Part shown: in pieces, positions 9,409 to 18,824 of the stretch | Position numbering within the stretch: position 1 is the first letter of the stretch | How the letters are laid out: every line of letters begins with the position of its first letter | NCBI GenBank assembly: GCA_038890615.1 | Contig: JAWAFI010000001.1 | Span: forward strand, 240,744-304,743 | Direction: 5' to 3' | DNA from: Candidatus Anstonellales archaeon | Lineage (GTDB): Archaea > Micrarchaeota > Micrarchaeia > Anstonellales > J096 | Length of the DNA stretch: 64,000 bases | Position numbers and translations under genes: made by a program | Notes under the pieces: generated by a model | What the model was told of the DNA's origin: nothing | What the model saw: the letters and a program-made list of their open reading frames with translations, nothing else | Database searches by the model: none

Positions 9409-10816
9409 ACCTAACCACCTTTAGCTCATTGTACTTGAGCTCATTGATGTAAACAATCCCTGGCGTTGGCACGTGGCCCATCTTTATCTGGAAATCTGTT
9501 ATTCCTTGGAAGGTGCCTGAGTTGATTACCCTTGTGCCCCTGTACTCAGCGCTTGCGTTCCTGTGCACGTGGCCTGCATGGAATATGTCTGGCTCATCTT
9601 CTATAACCAAGTAATCCACAGGATTTGGGTAGATAGGGTTAGTGCCATAGATGGGGCTGAGGTGCCTGTGCTTAAGCATCTCAACCATAACCCCTTCTGG
9701 ATGCATATAAGTCATGTTAGGCATTGCAGCGATAACAGAGTCCATCCCTGTGCCGTGGTAGAGAAGGTGCTTGAACCCATCAATAGATACAAACGAGGGG
9801 TTGCCCACTGCTACCACCCTGCTGTCAACATAATCCTTTAGCGATTCCTGAGGCTCCGCCCTTCTTCCTGCATCGTGGTTGCCAGGTAGCACTATTACTT
9901 CTATGTAATCAGGGATTGCCTCAATGAAGCTGTTGAACATCCCATACTGCCCCTCTATTGTCTTGACAGAAAGCTCCTTCTCCTGCTCAGGGTAGATCCC
10001 AACGCCATCAACAACATCACCTGCAACCACAATATACTTCACCTTTTCTGCAAGCTCTTTCTTCTCTCCCTGCAGGTTGAGCCACCTTGTAAACCTGTCA
10101 AAATAAGAGCTTAGGAACTGGCTGCTCCCAAAATGTATGTCAGATATGTAAGCAACAGCAAGGTCCCTTTCCCCAAGCTTCTTCTCCTTTATGCGCAAGT
10201 CGGGAAGCCATATGTCCTCTACTATCAGGAACTCCTTTTTCACAGAAACTTCAAGGGCCACTACGTCATCAACAACAATGTTTTGGAGCTTCTTGGCAAC
10301 CTCGTCCCTTGATGGGACTATAGCTATGAAAGAGGAGGTTTGATCCTCAACAACAAGCATCGTGTTCCCTTTTTTTGTGGGCCGGATGTCTGTAATCATC
10401 ACTATTACAGTGGCATTGCCTGAGCCTGCCTTCTTTGCATCCTCAAGGCTCATCTCCTCGTATTTCTTGGTCTTGCCCCGCAGCAGCCTTGCCAGCCTTT
10501 CGTACCTGTTCCTAAACATACCCACAAAATCCTCAACCTCGCCCCTTCCTGTGTTCTTTCCAGTTACATCAAACTGGTCGTGCCTCTGTATTTCAGCATC
10601 ATACTCAGCAGCAATAGGCCTTTTTTCAGAGCGCTCTACCACTTCCACCTTTGGGAGCTTTGAGCCCTCTATGGCGCGCAGCGCGTCTTCCTTGGAGATG
10701 ATGTCCTTGTGAAGCTCGAGCAGCCTTTCAATTATGTCTGCTGGGGCTCCGTTTATGAGTTCTTCTGCATCTAGCTCTACGCGTACCCCTTTTTCAAGAA
10801 GGCGGCTTACGTTCAT
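9398..10816 (-). CDS. polB: DNA polymerase D small subunit DP1 (proofreading exonuclease)
   Basis: OB fold plus calcineurin-like motifs SDIHFGS, GDVVDG, PGNHD, YHG, GHVH. Confidence 0.97.
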   Translation of the reverse strand: MNVSRLLEKGVRVELDAEELINGAPADIIERLLELHKDIISKEDALRAIEGSKLPKVEVVERSEKRPIAAEYDAEIQRHDQFDVTGKNTGRGEVEDFVGMFRNRYERLARLLRGKTKKYEEMSLEDAKKAGSGNATVIVMITDIRPTKKGNTMLVVEDQTSSFIAIVPSRDEVAKKLQNIVVDDVVALEVSVKKEFLIVEDIWLPDLRIKEKKLGERDLAVAYISDIHFGSSQFLSSYFDRFTRWLNLQGEKKELAEKVKYIVVAGDVVDGVGIYPEQEKELSVKTIEGQYGMFNSFIEAIPDYIEVIVLPGNHDAGRRAEPQESLKDYVDSRVVAVGNPSFVSIDGFKHLLYHGTGMDSVIAAMPNMTYMHPEGVMVEMLKHRHLSPIYGTNPIYPNPVDYLVIEDEPDIFHAGHVHRNASAEYRGTRVINSGTFQGITDFQIKMGHVPTPGIVYINELKYNELKVVRFDS

Positions 10817-11070
10817 TTAACCGTTTCAAGCATGCTTATTATGTTCCAAATCTGGGTCCTTGTATGCACAGGAATGTTTGGCTCATTGCTAAGCGGCTCT
10901 ATTATGTAAAGGGCAGCGCTTGCCCTTACATCATCACTTCCATCGCCTGACTCAAGCTTCTGCCTTGCCTCTGCCATTGCCTTCTTTATGTTCTTAGGGA
11001 CAAGCGGGTCATCTTCAACCATCTTTATCATTGCAATTATATTATCAAGCGTCATTAGGTTCACCTCCAA
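10813..11070 (-). CDS. UPF0147 family protein
   Basis: DxxVPKNI...NEPNIPVHTRTQIWNIISMLE. Confidence 0.9.
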   Translation of the reverse strand: MEVNLMTLDNIIAMIKMVEDDPLVPKNIKKAMAEARQKLESGDGSDDVRASAALYIIEPLSNEPNIPVHTRTQIWNIISMLETVK

Positions 11071-11147
11071 GAACCAGCAATTTTATAGAGCACGCTTATT
11101 TTTAAAGGTTAGCTGGAACAAGGCAAAATACTGAGTCAAAGAATGGC

Positions 11148-13280
11148 CTATAAAAGCTTGAGCTTGCACTCTTCAAGGAAGCCAAAGAATTCTTCTTGGC
11201 TTGCAAATTGTTTAATAGCTTTTTCGCCTGAATCAATTATAGAAACACCAGTGCCGGACAGAACAACCGACACCTTCTTTTTCTCCTCTGGCAAAATGAA
11301 ATTGAGTTCAATGGATTTTTCCTTGCAGTTGACCACTGCCTCATCAAGGAAATAAAGCTTTTTGTCAAGGAACCTTATCCGCTTTCCGACATTGGAGAAA
11401 ATGAATTCAACAACCGGATTGATTTCACCAAGCTGAGCTTCCACCTCAAGGCCAATCTCTGCGCTTTCCTTTTTTGTAGAAGCGAGCGAAAAGCAGCCGT
11501 TCCTAAGCAAAAGCTCTGTTGTTTTGGAAGTCTTTTTGGAAGGAGTTTCTACAAACACGCTTATGCTTGAAGCGCTTATTTTTATGGTGCTTGCCTTCCT
11601 GCTTTTCTCGCCTTTCCCTTTCATCTTGAGCAAAATGGGCTTTTCTTCCATAAGCCCAGAAACAATCCTTTGGTCAATGTAGAGCTCAAAGCCCTTCACG
11701 TACATTGGGGCTCCAGCCCTTCTGGCATCAATAACATCTAGGAGGCCGACCTCTTCCTTTGGGCTCTCTGGGATGGCAGTTGCCCACCAATCCTTGCCTT
11801 CCTTGTAAATAGAATAAATGTTCCCATTGCCAACTGCCTTGAAAGCCCTTCTCCTGCTTCCTATCTCAATTTCTCTAACCTGCACCAGCGCACTTTCCCC
11901 CAAGAATTCAATCCTGCACTTGTTCCCCAAGAATTCTGGGCTTATTGAAAGCTCCTTTTTGGCTTTCTTTTTTTCAGCAAGCTCCTTCTGGGCTATTGAC
12001 ATGCCTTCCACTTCATAGGAGTTTTGGTCATTGTCTTTTGCTGATGCAGTAAAAACCCATTCCCTTACTCCTCTCCTCTTCAAAGAAAGCAGAACCTCAA
12101 GCTTGCCTTCATTTGTGGAAACATTAAAGGCCAAGCGCGTGCCTTCATCTTCGCTGTAAGTGCCTGAAACCTTCTTCACAACCCCTGAAAATTGAATAAC
12201 ATTTTGTGCCATTACCTTCTCTTCTTCCAACATCCTCTTCAAGGCTTCTTCATCAATGGGCCCTTTCTTGGGCTTGGATGAAACCTTTCTGCAATGAAGC
12301 GTGATCTCTGAGTTGACTGGATTCACTATGAAATCAAGAGGCAATGAGAAAGTGCCGGCCCTTTCAGGGGCGCCTTCGCTTATCAGAATTGCTTCTGGGG
12401 TTGCCCTTCCCTCCACGAGGATCTCAAGGCTAGGGGTTGGCTTTTGGGTTGGCAGTTCCTCTATTGGCCCTTGCTTCTTTGGCTCAGGGAGCATTGGAAT
12501 CTCCTTTGCCCTTTCGTATTGCACGAGTGGTAAAAGCTGTGGGAATTTTACAGAGAGAGTTGGCGGCTTTTGCCACACAGCCAAAGAGCAGCGCTCCAAT
12601 TGCGAGGGCTGCAAAGGTATTGCAAAGTCAGAAGGAGGCAATATAGTTGGCTTTGGCATTGGCGCCTTCCTTATAACTGCCAGCGAGCATTCTGCCTTTT
12701 GAGAAGGAATTAGGACAACAAACTCATCGCCGTAAAGCGCTTGTGAGGTTATTCCCAAACCTTCCTGCCTGAACTCAATGTTGAATAGGCCTTTCCTTTC
12801 GCTTTGCATTCCCTGCTTAAGCTCGTGCTCTTCTCTTTTTTTCTCATAAATGTTGATCGCAAAGATGCTGAAAGCAGAGCCCATGAATGCATATGCAGCA
12901 AGCATCATTGGGGAAAGAAGCGTTAGTGGAGCAGGGGCAAAGAAAATTGCTGCCAATGAGAGGTTCCTTACAATCCTCATCCATTCCTTAAAGGCCGACT
13001 TTAGCGGCTTTTTTGAAAAATACCTTTCTGCCCTTAGCCCTGCGCTTATCAATGCAGAGCCCCCTAATACCTCATTTGCCAATGGGGTAAAAACAGGTGC
13101 GCCTTTGGCAAGGCCAACTGTTGCATCATAAATCAATGAGCCAGCTATCAAAGGGATGAGCAAATTCTTTGCTGGCCTGTTAACCCTGAGCAGTCCTTCG
13201 CTGTCCCTCTCAAGCAGCTTAAACCTCTTCGGCTTCTTGGCTGAGCCAGCAGGCTTTTGATGCACTGCTTCTTTCTGCAT
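11148..13280 (-). CDS. Hypothetical membrane-anchored protein
   Basis: 710-aa ORF with a basic N-terminus, 3-4 hydrophobic segments, a Pro-rich linker and a beta-rich C-terminal half. Confidence 0.6.
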   Translation of the reverse strand: MQKEAVHQKPAGSAKKPKRFKLLERDSEGLLRVNRPAKNLLIPLIAGSLIYDATVGLAKGAPVFTPLANEVLGGSALISAGLRAERYFSKKPLKSAFKEWMRIVRNLSLAAIFFAPAPLTLLSPMMLAAYAFMGSAFSIFAINIYEKKREEHELKQGMQSERKGLFNIEFRQEGLGITSQALYGDEFVVLIPSQKAECSLAVIRKAPMPKPTILPPSDFAIPLQPSQLERCSLAVWQKPPTLSVKFPQLLPLVQYERAKEIPMLPEPKKQGPIEELPTQKPTPSLEILVEGRATPEAILISEGAPERAGTFSLPLDFIVNPVNSEITLHCRKVSSKPKKGPIDEEALKRMLEEEKVMAQNVIQFSGVVKKVSGTYSEDEGTRLAFNVSTNEGKLEVLLSLKRRGVREWVFTASAKDNDQNSYEVEGMSIAQKELAEKKKAKKELSISPEFLGNKCRIEFLGESALVQVREIEIGSRRRAFKAVGNGNIYSIYKEGKDWWATAIPESPKEEVGLLDVIDARRAGAPMYVKGFELYIDQRIVSGLMEEKPILLKMKGKGEKSRKASTIKISASSISVFVETPSKKTSKTTELLLRNGCFSLASTKKESAEIGLEVEAQLGEINPVVEFIFSNVGKRIRFLDKKLYFLDEAVVNCKEKSIELNFILPEEKKKVSVVLSGTGVSIIDSGEKAIKQFASQEEFFGFLEECKLKLL

Positions 13281-13311
13281 GTGAATTCTCCCCTTAGTGA
13301 ATATTTAAACC

Positions 13312-13671
13312 TTACTCAAGGAAAATCATTCCATTCCTGTTGACTGCCCTTGAGGGCCGCTCAATGGATGAGAATGCGCAATTGGAAGAAATTTTTTCCT
13401 GAGCCCTTCCATACACGAGGTTTCCGTCAACAACCTTTCCTCTTATTGAGAGCGAAACAGAGTTCCCATCGCCAGAGGAGCATACGAAGTTTATTGCAGA
13501 GGAAATCTCACCTGCTTCCTGCTTGGCAATGCTTATCTCGCTTATCCGGTCCCCTGCATCCTTGAGGTAGCTTAGGGTTTCAATGGAAACTGCTAGCAAG
13601 GAAAGGGCAACAATGCCAACAAGCAGGAATTCGGCTGTAACCTGGGCTAGTCGCACCTGTTTTCTTTGCAT
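13312..13671 (-). CDS. Type IV pilin-like protein (class III signal peptide)
   Basis: R-L-A/Q-V-T-A-E-F followed by a hydrophobic stretch (archaeal prepilin Q+1/E+5 pattern). Confidence 0.7.
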   Translation of the reverse strand: MQRKQVRLAQVTAEFLLVGIVALSLLAVSIETLSYLKDAGDRISEISIAKQEAGEISSAINFVCSSGDGNSVSLSIRGKVVDGNLVYGRAQEKISSNCAFSSIERPSRAVNRNGMIFLE

Positions 13672-13904
13672 ATTCCTGATTGGCAGTCAGAATTCTCTAT
13701 GCAGTAGCCGCCTGGGCCAACTGCCAGCGAGCCCTCTGCCTTGTCAATTACCTTTTCAGTCATGTTTGAAACTTTGGCTCCTGTTTCCTTGGCGCTGCCT
13801 ATAAGTTGGGTTGCAACTATTGCCACAACTGCCACAACCACCACTAGCACCAGAAGCATCTCAGCCGAAACCTGCCCTTTAGCGTATGTACGAGGTATCT
13901 TCAC
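13647..13904 (-). CDS. Type IV pilin-like protein (class III signal peptide, DUF361-like); start uncertain
   Basis: KG/QVSAEMLLVLVVVVAVVAIVA signal; C-terminal four-Cys motif CIENSDCQSGICKENRC. Confidence 0.8.
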   Translation of the reverse strand: MKIPRTYAKGQVSAEMLLVLVVVVAVVAIVATQLIGSAKETGAKVSNMTEKVIDKAEGSLAVGPGGYCIENSDCQSGICKENRCD

Positions 13905-14622
13905 CACCAACCTGCTTTGTGCTATTAAGCTCTTCCTCAATTCTCTTTATTAGCTTTTCCTTCTCAACCGCCTCCTCCTCAAGTTTCTTGAGCGAAATGG
14001 GCATCCCTGTTGCCTTTATTATTACCTTCAAGACATTGATTGCTGCCTGGTCGTCTATGTAATTCCCATGGGTTTCGCCCATCAAGCATATCGCCTCAAT
14101 CCTGCTGAAGCGCGCCAATGAAGGTATAAGCCCTGCAGCCCCAAGTATGGAGCCCTGCGCCTCCCCGAAAAGCACGCCAATCTTCTTGAACCTCTCAACA
14201 ACCTTGCTTGAGTTTGCAGAGCCAAAAACCCTCCTTATCTCATGGTACTGGCCTGTGCTGTAGCCCCCTATTGTTATTATTTCCTTTATGCCAAGCTCTT
14301 TTGCAAAGCGGACTACCTTCTCTGCCAGCTTGTACTGGCCTGCATTGCTGATTGCCTGCGAATCTCCTGACATCACAACTACTGTCTTGCCATTCCATGA
14401 GGCATAATGGAATTCAAGCCTTACAGGCCTCATAAGCCCGTTTGGAAGCATTATTACCTGCTGCGGGAGCGATGAGCTGTAGTAGCGGGCTATCAATTTC
14501 ATTTTCATCTCGCTTATCATGTAGCGTGCGCATACATGCCCCACTAGCCCTATTCCTGGGAGCCCTACTATCATTGTGCCCCCGTTTGCCTTGAACCCCC
14601 TCTTCTTGACTAGCTTTTCCAT
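13879..14622 (-). CDS. PAC2 family proteasome assembly chaperone
   Basis: GLPGIGLVG, ITIGGY, CLMGETHG; conserved position after nop10. Confidence 0.9.
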   Translation of the reverse strand: MEKLVKKRGFKANGGTMIVGLPGIGLVGHVCARYMISEMKMKLIARYYSSSLPQQVIMLPNGLMRPVRLEFHYASWNGKTVVVMSGDSQAISNAGQYKLAEKVVRFAKELGIKEIITIGGYSTGQYHEIRRVFGSANSSKVVERFKKIGVLFGEAQGSILGAAGLIPSLARFSRIEAICLMGETHGNYIDDQAAINVLKVIIKATGMPISLKKLEEEAVEKEKLIKRIEEELNSTKQVGGEDTSYIR

Positions 14623-14765
14623 ATTATCCCCCTTGACTTCAGTAGATATGACATCCTTTCAATGTTTTTAAATGGAGCTGGATGGGCAGAAGATGTTTTT
14701 GATGAGCAGTGGATTTCTTTTAAGGTATATGAATTGCACAAGCGGCATTTCCTTAGCCTCATCAT
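14610..14765 (-). CDS. nop10: H/ACA RNP protein Nop10
   Basis: Below the ORF-track length cut-off. Manual translation MMRLRKCRLCNSYTLKEIHCSSKTSSAHPAPF...; canonical position between aIF2-alpha and PAC2. Confidence 0.88.
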   Translation of the reverse strand: MMRLRKCRLCNSYTLKEIHCSSKTSSAHPAPFKNIERMSYLLKSRGIIWKS

Positions 14766-15490
14766 GATTGTAGCAGCCCGTGCTTTTTCATCAGTTCGCC
14801 TGCTTTCTTCAGCTTGTCTTCTGCATCCTTGTAATTTGCTGATTTGGCTATGAACATATACTTAGGAGCTCCCATATAGTGCACCTGGATTCCCAATGAG
14901 CCCTGAGCCTCTAGCAACGCCTTGACTATCCTCACCATGCCATCGCTTTCCTGGCTAGTGAGCTCAAATACCCTCCTAACCTCCACCTCAGGCTTCTTGA
15001 GCTTCCTTTGCATATAATCGAAAAGAACTGCCTTTGCCTTCTTTGATATCTTGAGCGTATCAAGGAGCTTCTGATTGGAGAGCGCCTTTTCAAGGAATTC
15101 TGCTGGGTTTCCGTGCTTTTGCTCTATCTGCCTGTAGAGCTCCTCTGGGCTTCCTTTTTCATTGGCAGCCTCAAAGGCCGCTTTTATTATCCCCAAGCAC
15201 CTCTTCTCCTTCTTCAAGCTCTCCTTCTTTTTCCTCTTTTCATCTTCAGTAACATTCTTCAAGGAAAGGTCTATCTGCTTCTTGTCTGGGTTTACCCCTA
15301 TAACCTTCACAACAAGCTGATCCCCTTCAGAGATGAACTCGTGTATGTTCTTAACCCATCCTGAAGAAACCTCAGATATGTGCATGAAGCCCTCTATATT
15401 GCTGTACTCAGGAAGCACGCAGAACGCGCCATAAGGAAGGATCTTCTTTACCTTTGCAATTACAATCTCGTCCTTTTCCGGAAGGCTCAT
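14762..15490 (-). CDS. eif2a: Translation initiation factor aIF-2 alpha subunit
   Basis: S1 domain (YGAFCVLPEY, HISEVSSGWVKNI) and YMGAPKY; likely start MSLPEKDE at 15490. Confidence 0.95.
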   Translation of the reverse strand: MSLPEKDEIVIAKVKKILPYGAFCVLPEYSNIEGFMHISEVSSGWVKNIHEFISEGDQLVVKVIGVNPDKKQIDLSLKNVTEDEKRKKKESLKKEKRCLGIIKAAFEAANEKGSPEELYRQIEQKHGNPAEFLEKALSNQKLLDTLKISKKAKAVLFDYMQRKLKKPEVEVRRVFELTSQESDGMVRIVKALLEAQGSLGIQVHYMGAPKYMFIAKSANYKDAEDKLKKAGELMKKHGLLQS

Positions 15491-15648
15491 CCAAGCTCCT
15501 CTACTATAGTGCCTATTATTGCAGCCCTGCCTCCTGTCGGGGCTGCCAGCGTTGCATTGCACCCTGAGCAGTTTATCTTGGTTGTTGTGTGTGTGAAAAT
15601 TATCTGCACATTCCCGCACTTGCACTTGACCTTCACGAATTTGCTCAT
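15487..15648 (-). CDS. rps27e: 30S ribosomal protein S27e
   Basis: MSKFVKVKCKCGNVQIIF...CSGCNATLAAPTGGRA. Confidence 0.95.
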   Translation of the reverse strand: MSKFVKVKCKCGNVQIIFTHTTTKINCSGCNATLAAPTGGRAAIIGTIVEELG

Positions 15649-15926
15649 TACTTCACCTCTGCTTTTGCCTTTGTCCTGCCCTGAAGCACCTTTTCGTGCT
15701 TCTTGTGGCAATTGTTGCATTCAAGTATTAGCTTCTGCCTCTTGCCCTGCTTCTTAACTGCCTTCTTCCCTGCCCTTTTGCCGCCATGGCCCTTAAGCTT
15801 CCTCTCGTGCTTGACATTGCCCATAGCCAATGACCTTGGCTTCCCTTTTGAGGCTACTTTTACTTTATGGGCTACATGCGCCTTGCAAAATGGGCAATAT
15901 GTCCTCATCTCTTTTGGAACCTTCAT
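15648..15926 (-). CDS. rpl44e: 50S ribosomal protein L44e
   Basis: MKVPKEMRTYCPFCKAH...LECNNC. Confidence 0.95.
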   Translation of the reverse strand: MKVPKEMRTYCPFCKAHVAHKVKVASKGKPRSLAMGNVKHERKLKGHGGKRAGKKAVKKQGKRQKLILECNNCHKKHEKVLQGRTKAKAEVK

Positions 15927-16408
15927 AAATACACCTCCTTGACAAAGCCCTTTGAAAGAAGCCATGTTGCCTCCTCTTGAGGAACGGTTATGTATTCCCC
16001 TTCCTTAAAGGGGCCGTAGACTATTCCTTTCTGGCCCCTATAGGGCTTCACCTCTTTTATTACGAGCAGCCTTTTAATAGTTTTCCTGTCTTCCATAAGG
16101 CCTTCGGAAGCCTTCCTTACCTCCTCAGCGAACTTCTGCTCCTCTGCAGTAAGCCCCTTTGGCACCCCCTTCCTTACGCATTCTATTGCTATCTTCTCCA
16201 TCCTTATGCGCATTATGTCTTTAAGCATCTTCTTCAGGTTCTCAACCTCTCGCATTGCCATAATGTCCCCTGACTGTTTTGCGCTCTCCTCCTTCTCGCT
16301 TATTACCTTCTTCACCTGCTCGTAAAAGTCGGCTGACAGGCTGGTTAGCATGTTGCCCTGCATCTCTGCCCTGTAGTACTCCCTTATAGTTCCATAGTCA
16401 AGAGCCAT
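15923..16408 (-). CDS. GINS complex subunit (Gins15/51-like)
   Basis: L..LSADFY, RMEKI, LTAEE and C-terminal YGPFKEGE...PQEEA..L; conserved position upstream of L44e. Start set to ATG 16408 because the longer ORF overlaps the tRNA. Confidence 0.85.
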   Translation of the reverse strand: MALDYGTIREYYRAEMQGNMLTSLSADFYEQVKKVISEKEESAKQSGDIMAMREVENLKKMLKDIMRIRMEKIAIECVRKGVPKGLTAEEQKFAEEVRKASEGLMEDRKTIKRLLVIKEVKPYRGQKGIVYGPFKEGEYITVPQEEATWLLSKGFVKEVYL

Positions 16409-16410
16409 AA

Positions 16411-16483
16411 TGGGCCCGCCCGGATTCGAACCGGGAATCTTCACCGTGTCAGGGTGACGTCATAGCCATTGGACCACGGGCCC
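16411..16483 (-). tRNA. tRNA-Val(GAC), intronless, CCA not encoded
   Basis: GGGCCCG acceptor stem, anticodon arm TCACC-CTGACAC-GGTGA, T-loop GGTTCGAATCC; TATA-like TTTAAATA upstream. Confidence 0.96.
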
Positions 16484-16519
16484 AAAATGATAAACCCTTA
16501 CATATATCAAATATTTAAA

Positions 16520-17008
16520 ATCTATGCAGGGGATTGGAATCCAGAAGTAATTTTAAATGACAAATTGATGATTAGACAAACAGGCGATAGATTATATGCA
16601 ACAATTGATAGTTATAAATACTACCATCTTAACAATATTAATCTTAAAGATACAAGTTTAGATATAAAGTATGTATTGGCATTATTGAATTCTAAAATGA
16701 TGTCTGCATATTATCTATTAGTTACATTAGAAAAAGAAAGAGTTATGGCACAAACTGATATAGAAACCCTCGAAAAATTACCAATTAAGGAAATAGAAAA
16801 GGAAAAACAGCAACCCCTCATCAAACTCGTTGACAAAATGCTTTCCCTCAACAAGCGCCTAAATGAAATCGGCGACAAAAAGACAGATGAAAGAGCAAAA
16901 ATTGAGGAAGAAATAAAAAAGACTGACGCTGAGATTGATGAGCTCGTTTATAAGATTTATGGCATAACTGAAGAGGAGAAGAAGATCATCGAAGAAAGTA
17001 TGAAGTAA
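16520..17008 (+). pseudogene. 5'-truncated C-terminal (TaqI-C-like TRD) fragment of a type IIG restriction-modification / adenine methyltransferase
   Basis: KLMIRQTGD, KYVLALLNSK, LEKLPI, EIDELVYKIYGITEEEKKIIE; no MTase catalytic motifs; AT-rich. Confidence 0.8.
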
Positions 17009-17080
17009 TGATATGAGAGGCGCAAAAGAGCTAGGAATAATAATTTAAAACCCTCTATCGTTAGATAAGCAGGTGATCAG

Positions 17081-17329
17081 ATGGAACCCAATGTAGGAAG
17101 CCTTGACAGGATGCTCAGGGTATGCATAGCGCTTGTGTTCATTGCTGCAGCTTACTTCTACAATGTGTGGTGGCTCTATGCGCTTGCGCTTGTGCCGCTC
17201 GCAACGGCGCTGTTCTCCTACTGCCCGCTGTACGCGCCCCTGAAGATAAGCACAATTGAGAAAAAAGAAGAAGCAAAGGAAGAGCCAAAGAAAGAAGAGC
17301 CAAAGAAAAGGAAGAAGCAGAGAAAATAA
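17081..17329 (+). CDS. DUF2892 / YgaP-like membrane protein
   Basis: NVGSLDRMLR...two TM helices...YCPLY. Confidence 0.85.
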   Translation: MEPNVGSLDRMLRVCIALVFIAAAYFYNVWWLYALALVPLATALFSYCPLYAPLKISTIEKKEEAKEEPKKEEPKKRKKQRK

Positions 17330-17359
17330 ACTTTTAATGTTATAGCAGCAAATAGATGC

Positions 17360-17914
17360 ATGATAGAGCTAATAGCGCTAGCTGCTGCTGTTCTGGGCAT
17401 TGCAGTCGTTGTGTGGGCTGTGCTCACTTATAACCACTTGGTCAAGCTGTCCCAGCAAGTAAAGAACGCGTGGCACCAGATTGATGTCCAGCTCCAGCGA
17501 AGGCATGACCTAATCCCTAACCTTGTTGAGGCAGTGAAGGGCTACATGAAGCACGAGAAGGAAACCTTGGAAGAAATAACTAAGCTAAGGGCTGCAATTG
17601 TTTCAGGCACCCCTGCAGAAAGGGCATCTGCAAACGAGCGCCTTAGCTCTGCTCTGAAAACAATATTCGCTGTTGCTGAGAACTACCCGCAGCTAAGGGC
17701 AAGCGAAAACTTCCTGAAGCTCCAGGAGGAGCTTACAACTACTGAGAACAGGGTTGCCTATGCTAGGCAGGCTTATAACGATTCTGTATATTTTTACAAT
17801 ACTGCGATAGCAATAATGCCAAACAACCTCCTTGCTATGTTGCTAGGCATGAAGGAGCAAGAGTTCTTCAGCACTGAACAGAGCAGCAGGGAGGCTCCAA
17901 AGGTGAAAATCTGA
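17360..17914 (+). CDS. lemA: LemA family protein
   Basis: YNxLV, IDVQLQRRHDLIPNLV, AENYPQLRAS. Confidence 0.95.
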   Translation: MIELIALAAAVLGIAVVVWAVLTYNHLVKLSQQVKNAWHQIDVQLQRRHDLIPNLVEAVKGYMKHEKETLEEITKLRAAIVSGTPAERASANERLSSALKTIFAVAENYPQLRASENFLKLQEELTTTENRVAYARQAYNDSVYFYNTAIAIMPNNLLAMLLGMKEQEFFSTEQSSREAPKVKI

Positions 17915-17923
17915 GGTGTATTG

Positions 17924-18811
17924 ATGGGTACAAGGCTTTTTGAAGAAGCTGATAAGAATAGGCTCATATCTTCGCTAATGCTTTACACAATGCTTTTCCT
18001 TGTAGCACTTTTCCCAGCCCTTGCATGGATTCTAACTGAGGATTTCTGCATAACAGCAATCCTATTAGCAGTGATGTTCTTTTACGCAGTGCAGAATTTC
18101 TTTTACTCGTTCAGCACAACAATGGGAGTTGTCGGGGCTAGAAAGATTGCGCATGGCTCAGAGCGAAGCCAGAAGGAAAAACAGCTTTTGAACATAGTGG
18201 AAGAGATGAAGATAGCCTCTGGCTATGGGGGCAACATTGATGTTTACATAATAGAGGACAAAAGCATAAACGCAATGGCAATATCAAGGGGCAATAAAGC
18301 TGCAATAGGCGCAACTAGGGGGGCTTTGGAAAAGCTGACAAGGGAAGAGCTAAGCGGTGTAATAAGCCATGAAATGGCGCATGTAGTAAATGCTGACAGC
18401 GATGTTAAGCTTACCGCATTCATGACCCTTGGGATCCTATATGCTTACCTAAGGATTTTCACAAGGATAAGGCCAACCAGCAACAGCAGGAAAGGAGGGG
18501 CTGCAGTAATGTACCTCCTGCTTGCTGCGCTTTCGATTTTTGCCTATGCAGCTGGGATCCTTATGTTCTTCGCCCTAAGCAGGAAAAGGGAAACCCTTGC
18601 AGATGTAGAAGGCACTAGGTTCACAAGGAACAAAGAGGCCCTTATAAGCGCCCTTAAGAAAATAGCGACAAATGATGCAATGCAAGTGCCTGAGACAGCA
18701 TCTTCCCTTTTCTTCGCAAACCCTCTCAGCCCATTGGAAAGCAAAGTAATGGGGCTATTTGCAACACACCCTCCATTGGAAGAAAGGATAAGATACCTGC
18801 AAAGCCTCTAG
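17924..18811 (+). CDS. htpX: M48 family zinc metalloprotease (HtpX-like)
   Basis: HEMAH, SRKRETLAD, FATHPPLEERI; follows lemA. Confidence 0.9.
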   Translation: MGTRLFEEADKNRLISSLMLYTMLFLVALFPALAWILTEDFCITAILLAVMFFYAVQNFFYSFSTTMGVVGARKIAHGSERSQKEKQLLNIVEEMKIASGYGGNIDVYIIEDKSINAMAISRGNKAAIGATRGALEKLTREELSGVISHEMAHVVNADSDVKLTAFMTLGILYAYLRIFTRIRPTSNSRKGGAAVMYLLLAALSIFAYAAGILMFFALSRKRETLADVEGTRFTRNKEALISALKKIATNDAMQVPETASSLFFANPLSPLESKVMGLFATHPPLEERIRYLQSL

Positions 18812-18824
18812 CAGAATGGAAAGC

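Noticed and set aside
16411..17080. Integrated element at tRNA-Val
   Set aside because: No integrase and no duplicated tRNA end were seen; only a ~0.5-kb fragment lies on the 5' side.
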